Below, piece by piece: positions 25,882 to 32,000 of a stretch of DNA of 32,000 nt; the first letter of the stretch is position 1; each line of letters begins with the position of its first letter. This DNA is from Nostoc punctiforme PCC 73102 (lineage in GTDB: Bacteria; Cyanobacteriota; Cyanobacteriia; Cyanobacteriales; Nostocaceae): assembly GCF_000020025.1 (NCBI RefSeq), contig NC_010628.1:1890001-1922000 (forward strand), written 5' to 3'. The notes beneath the pieces are model-generated. The model made no database searches. It saw nothing but the letters and a program-made list of their open reading frames with translations, and was not told where the DNA came from. The position numbers and the translations under genes were made by a program.

Positions 25882-28548
25882 ATGAGTCGCAAGCAGGCCC
25901 AAGAAGAACTCTCTGAGGCAGAGCAGAATTACCGCACTCTGGTAGAACAAATTCCGGGCGTTGTTTATATTTTACCGATTAATAGCACTGCTCAAGAAGC
26001 TTATATTAGTCCGCAACTGCAACAATTGTTAGGCATTGCTCCCGAAGATTGGCATCACGGTTTTTTTAATAGTTGGTTAAATCACACTCATCCAGACGAT
26101 CGCGATCGCTATTGGCAAGCTGTAAACATGACAATCGCCACCGGAGAGCCTTTGAGGGTCGAGTATCGAATGATGAGGCGCGATGGTAGAACAATTTGGG
26201 TGCGGGATCAAGCTAATCTTGTTCTCTGTGCAGATGGAGAAACTCAGGTACTTCAGGGTTTAGTGTTCGATATTAGCGAACGCAAACAGGCAGAAGCCGC
26301 ATTGCAAGAGAGCGAAGCGCGTTATCGTGTCATCCTCGAAGATCAAACGGAACTGATTGCTAGAGGCTCACCAGATGGTATTGTTACTTTTGTTAATGAA
26401 GCTTTCTGTCGATTTTTTGGACTGAAGCGAGAAGAAATTATTGCCCAACACTACGAACCTGTTGTGTTTGAGGAAGACCGGGAACGGGTATTTAGTCTAG
26501 TAAATTCCATTACTTCCGAAAATCCCGTGATTGCCATTGAGAATCGCGCCATAGCAAGCCAAGGCTTGCTATGGACGCATTGGATTATCCGAGGGATATT
26601 TGATGACCAGGGTACTCTTGTAGAACTTCAATCTGTTGGACGAGATATTACTGACCGCAAACAGGTAGAAGAAGCATTAAGTGAAAATGAGCAAAAATTC
26701 CGGGCGATTTTCAATCAAACCAATCAGTTTATCGGATTACTTCAGCCCAATGGAATTGTATTAGAGGCTAACCAAACAGCACTGGACTTTGCTGGGATTA
26801 CTCGAGAAGAAGTAGTCGGTAAGCCATTTTGGGAAGCAAAATGGTGGACAATTTCTTCAGAGACACAAGCACAATTAAAAACTGCGATCGCTGCTGCTGC
26901 TAATGGTGAATCTATTCGCTATGAAGTTGAGGTTTTGGGTCGAGACGATGGAGTGATCGCGATTGATTTTTCACTACGTCCCATACTCGATGAAACAGGG
27001 TGTGTAACATTACTGATTTCTGAGGGACGAGATATTAGTGAATATCAAGCCGCGCTGCGCGAACGCCAAAAAGCTGAAGACGCATTGCGCTCAAGTCAAG
27101 ACTTTCTCCAAAAGGTTGCTAATACCGTACCGCATATTTTGTATTTATTTGACCTCTTAAAAGGAACAAGCATTTATCTTAACCAAAAAAGTCTTAGTAT
27201 TTTAGGCTACTCTCCAGAGGAATTTTGTAACGTAGATCCGCAGTGGTTAATGAATTGCTTTCATCCAGACGACCAACACCTCTGTTATGACGTACCAAGT
27301 CGCTTCGTCAACCTTAGCGACAATGAAGTTCTTTCCACCGAATACCGATTCCGACACAAAAATGGAGAGTGGCTTTGGCTGAATACACGAGAAGTCGTAT
27401 TTGCCAGAGATGCTAGCGGCACTCCAATACAGATTCTTGGCTCGGTAGAAGATATTAGCACTCGCAAACAAGCTGAAGGATTGCTGCGACAACAGGCAGA
27501 GGGGGAACGGCTAATTACTGAAGTAACTCAACAGATTCGGCAATCATTGAATTTGGAGGAGGTTCTGAATACAACAGTCAACAGTATTCGAGAGTGTTTG
27601 GGTTCAGATTCCGTAGCAATCTACCAGTTGGAATCTGACGGAAATGGCTATTTTGCGGCAGAATCGCTGAGTGATGACTACCCGCAGAGATTAGAGCAGA
27701 CACTGCACCCATTTTCGAGAACACGAGATTTTAGCTACTATTACCAGGGATTACCTACAGTCCTGCATAATATTCAGGAATCTGATCTTTCAGCCGATGT
27801 TTTTGAGTTATTACAACTCTATCAAATCAAGGCTGCGATGGTAGTACCGATTTTGAATGGGGAGCATCTGTGGGGTTTACTCATTGCTCATCAGTGTAGC
27901 GCACCTCGTTACTGGCAAGCATTTGAAGTTAATTTGTTGCAGCAGTTAGCCAGTCAGGTAGCGATCGCTATTCATCAATCAGTACTCTACCAGCAAGTAC
28001 AAGCTGCCAATGAAGAACTGCAAAGATTGGCCACTTTAGATGGCTTGACTCAAATAGCCAATCGTCGCCGATTCGATCAATATCTTGAGAATGAGTGGCA
28101 TCGGCTCAAACGCGAGCAAATGCCGTTGTCTTTAATATTGTTCGATGTCGATTTTTTTAAACGCTATAACGATACTTATGGGCATTTAGCAGGAGATGAT
28201 TGTCTGCGGCAATTAGGGAGTGCGCTTAAAAGTGTTATTAAGCGTCCAGCCGATTTAGTAGCCCGTTACGGCGGCGAAGAATTTGCTGTGATTCTGCCTA
28301 ATACAGAGATTGAAGGAGCAATCTCTGTAGCTCAAACTATTCGACAAGCAGTCTATGACTTGATTATTCCCCATGCTCAATCTAGTGTGTGCGATCGCGT
28401 TACTGTCAGTCTCGGTGTTGCCAGCATTGTGCCAAATTGCGAAACTTCGCCGCAAGACTTGATTAATGCTGCGGACAAATCACTCTATATAGCCAAACAG
28501 CAAGGACGCGATCGAGTTCATACTGTTTGCGTCGTTACCCCTTCTTAA
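25882..28548 (+). CDS. diguanylate cyclase with four PAS/PAC modules and a GAF domain
   Basis: 888 aa. Four repeats each end in the PAC-type ...DI(S/T)(E/D/T)RKQAE or ...DISEYQ. The GAF region ends LIAHQCSAPRYW. The GGDEF domain has RYGGEEF, with an RxxD I-site (RPAD) five residues upstream as in PleD. Confidence 0.9.
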   Translation: MSRKQAQEELSEAEQNYRTLVEQIPGVVYILPINSTAQEAYISPQLQQLLGIAPEDWHHGFFNSWLNHTHPDDRDRYWQAVNMTIATGEPLRVEYRMMRRDGRTIWVRDQANLVLCADGETQVLQGLVFDISERKQAEAALQESEARYRVILEDQTELIARGSPDGIVTFVNEAFCRFFGLKREEIIAQHYEPVVFEEDRERVFSLVNSITSENPVIAIENRAIASQGLLWTHWIIRGIFDDQGTLVELQSVGRDITDRKQVEEALSENEQKFRAIFNQTNQFIGLLQPNGIVLEANQTALDFAGITREEVVGKPFWEAKWWTISSETQAQLKTAIAAAANGESIRYEVEVLGRDDGVIAIDFSLRPILDETGCVTLLISEGRDISEYQAALRERQKAEDALRSSQDFLQKVANTVPHILYLFDLLKGTSIYLNQKSLSILGYSPEEFCNVDPQWLMNCFHPDDQHLCYDVPSRFVNLSDNEVLSTEYRFRHKNGEWLWLNTREVVFARDASGTPIQILGSVEDISTRKQAEGLLRQQAEGERLITEVTQQIRQSLNLEEVLNTTVNSIRECLGSDSVAIYQLESDGNGYFAAESLSDDYPQRLEQTLHPFSRTRDFSYYYQGLPTVLHNIQESDLSADVFELLQLYQIKAAMVVPILNGEHLWGLLIAHQCSAPRYWQAFEVNLLQQLASQVAIAIHQSVLYQQVQAANEELQRLATLDGLTQIANRRRFDQYLENEWHRLKREQMPLSLILFDVDFFKRYNDTYGHLAGDDCLRQLGSALKSVIKRPADLVARYGGEEFAVILPNTEIEGAISVAQTIRQAVYDLIIPHAQSSVCDRVTVSLGVASIVPNCETSPQDLINAADKSLYIAKQQGRDRVHTVCVVTPS

Positions 28549-28772
28549 AGGCTGAGTTACAAAACGGGCACTCAATCGTCTTAAATTAAAAATTAGTATT
28601 ATACCTTGCTTCTTATCGATAGCATACAGTTGATAACCTTTGATAAGCTTTAACAAAATAACTGTTAAAAAATCTAAAAATTTAGTAAAAGTACTCACTG
28701 CATTCGCCAGACTTGTATTTTTAGGTAAATGTAGTTGTTTAGATATTTGTAAAGTGTCGGGGAGTCTAACAG

Positions 28773-29960
28773 ATGAAGATATTGGTATTGAGTTGGGAGT
28801 TTCCGCCAAGGATTGTTGGGGGAATTGCGCGACATGTAGCGGAATTGTACCCGGAACTGGTAAAGCTAGGACATGAAGTCCACCTGATTACGGCGGAGTT
28901 TGGTCACGCATCGATGTATGAGGTGGTTGAAGGAGTAAAGGTACATCGGGTGCCAGTGGCACATAGTAACGACTTTTTCCACTGGGTAGTGAATCTCAAC
29001 TTGAGTATGGGAGATCACGGTGGTAAGTTGATCTTGGAGGAAGGGCCCTTTGATTTAATTCATGCCCACGATTGGTTAGTTGGAGATGCTGCGATCGCTC
29101 TCAAGCATAGTTTTAAAATACCACTAATTGCCACAATTCATGCTACAGAATACGGACGCTATAACGGTATTCACACAGAGATCCAAGGCTATATAAATGG
29201 CAAAGAAACCTTGCTGGCTTATAATGCTTGGCGGATTATTGTTTGTAGCGACTATATGCGCCAAGAGGTAGAACGAGCATTACACAGCCCTTGGGACAAA
29301 ATCGATGTTATCTATAACGGTATCAGAGCCGAAAAGAAACAGCATCACGTAGATTTTCATGCGCTAGATTTTCGCCGCCAATTTGCTACAGACAATGAGA
29401 AAATCGTTTACTACCTCGGTCGCATGACATACGAAAAAGGTGTACCTGTATTACTTAATGCTGCACCCAAAATCCTTTCGGAAATGGGAGGTAACGTTAA
29501 ATTTGTTATCGTTGGTGGCGGCAATACTGACCATCTCAAGCGCCAAACTTGGGATTTGGGAATTTGGCATCATTGCTATTTTACAGGTTTTCTCTCTGAT
29601 GATTACTTAGATAAATTCCAAACTGTTGCTGACTGTGCCGTTTTTCCTAGCCTTTACGAACCCTTTGGAATTGTAGCTTTAGAAAGCTTTGCTTCTCGCG
29701 TGCCTGTAGTGGTTTCTGATACAGGTGGTTTTCCCGAAGTGGTGCAGCATACTAAAACAGGTATTGTTACTTGGGTGAACAATTCCGATTCTTTAGCTTG
29801 GGGAATTTTGGAAGTGTTGAAAAATCCAGGTTATCGACAATGGCTAGTGGATAACGCTTATGAGGATTTAAAGCGGCGCTTTAGCTGGCCGAAATTAGCT
29901 AGGCAAACTCAAGAAGTATATCAGCGAGTTGTGCAAGAGCGATCGCAAATTTCCTGGTAA
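28773..29960 (+). CDS. glycosyltransferase family 4 (GT-B, group 1)
   Basis: 395 aa. N-terminus MKILVLSWEFPPRIVGGIARHV. C-terminal E-x7-E block PSLYEPFGIVALESFA. Confidence 0.8.
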   Translation: MKILVLSWEFPPRIVGGIARHVAELYPELVKLGHEVHLITAEFGHASMYEVVEGVKVHRVPVAHSNDFFHWVVNLNLSMGDHGGKLILEEGPFDLIHAHDWLVGDAAIALKHSFKIPLIATIHATEYGRYNGIHTEIQGYINGKETLLAYNAWRIIVCSDYMRQEVERALHSPWDKIDVIYNGIRAEKKQHHVDFHALDFRRQFATDNEKIVYYLGRMTYEKGVPVLLNAAPKILSEMGGNVKFVIVGGGNTDHLKRQTWDLGIWHHCYFTGFLSDDYLDKFQTVADCAVFPSLYEPFGIVALESFASRVPVVVSDTGGFPEVVQHTKTGIVTWVNNSDSLAWGILEVLKNPGYRQWLVDNAYEDLKRRFSWPKLARQTQEVYQRVVQERSQISW

Positions 29961-30162
29961 GAGACTTTTCACAGCGGCGATTTCTTCAAGAAGTAAGGCT
30001 TACGCCCAATAGAGCCCCAAACCCTTTGTAAAGGGGAGGGAACCAGATTTTTCATTTGCCTTTATTACTGCTCACGTCGCTTATATCTCAGTACTAAAGT
30101 GACTGAGCTTTACGCTTACTGAAAACCTTGTAACAATCAACACAATTACCTTTTGTGGCTAA

Positions 30163-30969
30163 CTAATCGTGCTTTGAAGCGTCAGGCATAATTGCCTCCT
30201 GAAGATTTACGCCACTGAGGTTAGCTCCCCTCATGTCGGCTCCTCTCAGGTTGGCTCCTCTGAGATTTGCCCCTGCCAAATTCGCGCCTCTCAGGTTAGT
30301 CCAACTCAAGTCAGCTTGACTCAAGTCAGCTTGACTTAAGTTAGCCCGCAACAGGTAAGCACCACTGAAGCGAGCCTTATTCAAATTAGCTTTGTATAAG
30401 TCAGTTTTATAAAGATAAGCCCCCAATACTTCCGCTTCATACAAACTTGCTTCGCTGAGGTCAGCCTCAATCAAGTTAGCTTCAATCAGGTTGGCAAAAG
30501 ATAGATTCGCTCGTATTAGCTTCGCTGCACCTAAATCGGCATCTCTCAAGTTAGCGCCTTTTAGGTCAGTTCCAATTAGATTAGCATGAGCGATCGCAGC
30601 GCCTCTCAGATTCGCCTCACTCAAATCGGCTCCAATCAAATTAGCCTGGCTCAAATCTGCCTGCGTAAGTATAGCACCACTCAAGTTAGCAACACTCAAG
30701 CTAGCATCACTCAAGTTAGCTTCAATGAGAAACGCTTTGCTGAGGTTGGCACTACTGAGGTCAGCACCACTGAGGTTTGCTCGCACCAGTAAAGCATTAC
30801 CTAAATCTACCTTTCTCAAATTTACCCCCTGGAGGTTTGCGCCTCTGAGGTTATGCCCTTGCAGATTTGCAGCGCTGAGGTCTGGTTCAATCTGAGGATT
30901 TTTCTTTCTCCATTCAATCCATGTCACTGCACCTGCTTTCAGTAAAGCTAGATGCTCTCGATTTGCCAT
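30163..30969 (-). CDS. pentapeptide repeat protein
   Basis: Nearly the entire body is A(N/D)L(S/R/K)xA-type pentapeptides, e.g. ANLQGVNLRKVDLGNALLVRANLSGADLSSANL. I prefer ATG 30969 (MANREHLALLK), preceded by AGGAGA, over the track's GTG at 30996, which would overlap ccmP. Confidence 0.9.
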   Translation of the reverse strand: MANREHLALLKAGAVTWIEWRKKNPQIEPDLSAANLQGHNLRGANLQGVNLRKVDLGNALLVRANLSGADLSSANLSKAFLIEANLSDASLSVANLSGAILTQADLSQANLIGADLSEANLRGAAIAHANLIGTDLKGANLRDADLGAAKLIRANLSFANLIEANLIEADLSEASLYEAEVLGAYLYKTDLYKANLNKARFSGAYLLRANLSQADLSQADLSWTNLRGANLAGANLRGANLRGADMRGANLSGVNLQEAIMPDASKHD

Positions 30970-30979
30970 TTTCTCTCCT

Positions 30980-31621
30980 TTACTCCTGACGACCACCTAG
31001 AGGATTTGCTCGGCCAGCTACACTTTCAATGGCCGTTAAAGCTCCCGCCGCACCTGCTAGAATATCCTGTTCTTGCCCACCTAAGTAAAGTCGTCCAAAG
31101 CTACCTACAGCTTGAACTTCAAGAATGTTAATCCTCGCCGCTTTCTCCGCTTCATTGGCAGCCAGTGCGGCGTAAGCAGCAGGTTCCACTTCTAATACAT
31201 ATAGTGTTTGTCCTGCTAGTAGTAGCTGTCCCCGGCGCGTGCGATTAATCAGTTGTGTTTGATAAGCATCGATGTTGCGGATAATCTGACTAGAAATAAC
31301 ACGCGGCTTCAGACATTCCTCTCTTTTGACTCCTAGTGCCGCCAAAATTGCTTGACCAGCAGCTCGCGTTTCACCTTGGGAGCTAGAATGAACTTCCAAT
31401 AGTCCGTATAGTCGTTCAACTACCTGTACTCCCGGACGGACAGAGGCAGATTTCAGGGCTATATCTGTAATCTTATTAATTTCGATACCAGGAGAGATTT
31501 CAATCCACAGTGATGTATCCCCTGGTAATGGTAAGAAGCCTTGGGCTACTGTTCCCATATATGCTGCATGTTGAGGTTGCAGGTTGTCGAGAAATACGAA
31601 ACTGCGTAGTTCTATTCCCAA
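30980..31621 (-). CDS. ccmP: carboxysome shell protein CcmP (tandem BMC-domain, BMC-T)
   Basis: 213 aa. Collinear along its whole length with the Synechococcus elongatus CcmP sequence as I remember it: MG(I/V)[37 protein letters not shown] ... [51 protein letters not shown]. Confidence 0.85.
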   Translation of the reverse strand: MGIELRSFVFLDNLQPQHAAYMGTVAQGFLPLPGDTSLWIEISPGIEINKITDIALKSASVRPGVQVVERLYGLLEVHSSSQGETRAAGQAILAALGVKREECLKPRVISSQIIRNIDAYQTQLINRTRRGQLLLAGQTLYVLEVEPAAYAALAANEAEKAARINILEVQAVGSFGRLYLGGQEQDILAGAAGALTAIESVAGRANPLGGRQE

Positions 31622-32000
31622 GATTTTGCTCTCCAGTCATAAGGGTAAAAGTTATCTATTGCAAGATATGAGTGCCTAACTTGGGGCATTTTTGCTACAA
31701 GTGAAGCATGGAAAAATACAAAGTATAAAAATTTTGCCGTCGATAAATTTTACACCTGAGAAGTATTCTGGCAGTAAAAACCGCCTTGATAATTGTACAA
31801 GCTTTATTACGCACAAATCGCTGGCTGAAATCCCTAACTAGTCTGGATTTACTGATAAAGTTGATGTGACAAAAAAGTTTTTAGCTAAACTGAAGCGGAG
31901 AAAGTTGAGTGAACTTTCCCCGCTATCTTCAAAATGCTGCCAAAACCGCAGACAATTAAATTGACAATGCTACTACTAGTCTGTTAAGCGAAGTTTGAAG

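Noticed and set aside
28480-28876. ORFs 28480..28809 (-) and 28640..28876 (+)
   Set aside because: They span the AT-rich gap between the cyclase and GT4 genes and overlap the well-supported ends of both. They have no motifs.
30586-30792. 68-aa plus-strand ORF
   Set aside because: It is antisense to the pentapeptide-repeat gene. The periodic sequence keeps the opposite strand open.
30970-30996. GTG 30996 start for the pentapeptide-repeat gene (17-nt overlap with ccmP)
   Set aside because: ATG 30969 has a canonical AGGAGA 5-10 nt upstream and begins right where pentapeptide-protein N-termini usually start. The nine extra residues (MVVRSKGEK) are read from the ccmP 3' end.
1-32000. tRNA, rRNA, tmRNA, RNase P or riboswitch genes
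   Set aside because: I found no cloverleaf-compatible T-arm/acceptor pattern (such as GGTTCGAATCC-like boxes) and no other recognisable structured-RNA signature. This is a by-eye negative, so it should be confirmed with tRNAscan-SE and Infernal/Rfam.

Overview
The window reads as chromosome from a filamentous, heterocyst-forming cyanobacterium (Nostoc/Anabaena type). This rests on three things seen in the sequence: at least about 25 copies, counted by eye, of the HIP1 octamer GCGATCGC; many intergenic tandem heptamer (STRR-type) arrays; and lineage-typical genes (HetP-family protein, CcmP, WD40 Ser/Thr kinase with a 4-Cys prefix). No search or alignment tool was available, so all family calls come from motifs recognised by eye.

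Gene order: a truncated membrane protein (-), AI-2E transporter (+), serpin lipoprotein (-), S8 subtilase (-), rpe (+). A 3.2-kb AT-rich, nearly ORF-free region follows, holding a HetP-family gene and one upstream hypothetical ORF (both -) plus a HetR-box-like palindrome. Then come a GH116 GBA2-type glucosidase (-), a secreted protein with two PPC-like repeats (+), two Ser/Thr kinases (-), GH57 (-), a NifU-like Nfu (-), a GAF histidine kinase (-), a small RHH-like protein (-), lepA (+), a 4xPAS-GAF-GGDEF cyclase (+), a GT4 glycosyltransferase (+), and ccmP followed 10 nt later by a pentapeptide-repeat gene (both -). I found no rRNA, tRNA or CRISPR.

The items most worth follow-up:
- the HetR-box/hetP-family locus
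- the ccmP-pentapeptide pair
- the exported serpin beside a subtilase whose catalytic Asp position reads Glu
- a textbook MITE with 17-bp inverted termini and a 10-bp duplication
- repeat DNA that appears to supply coding sequence or start codons
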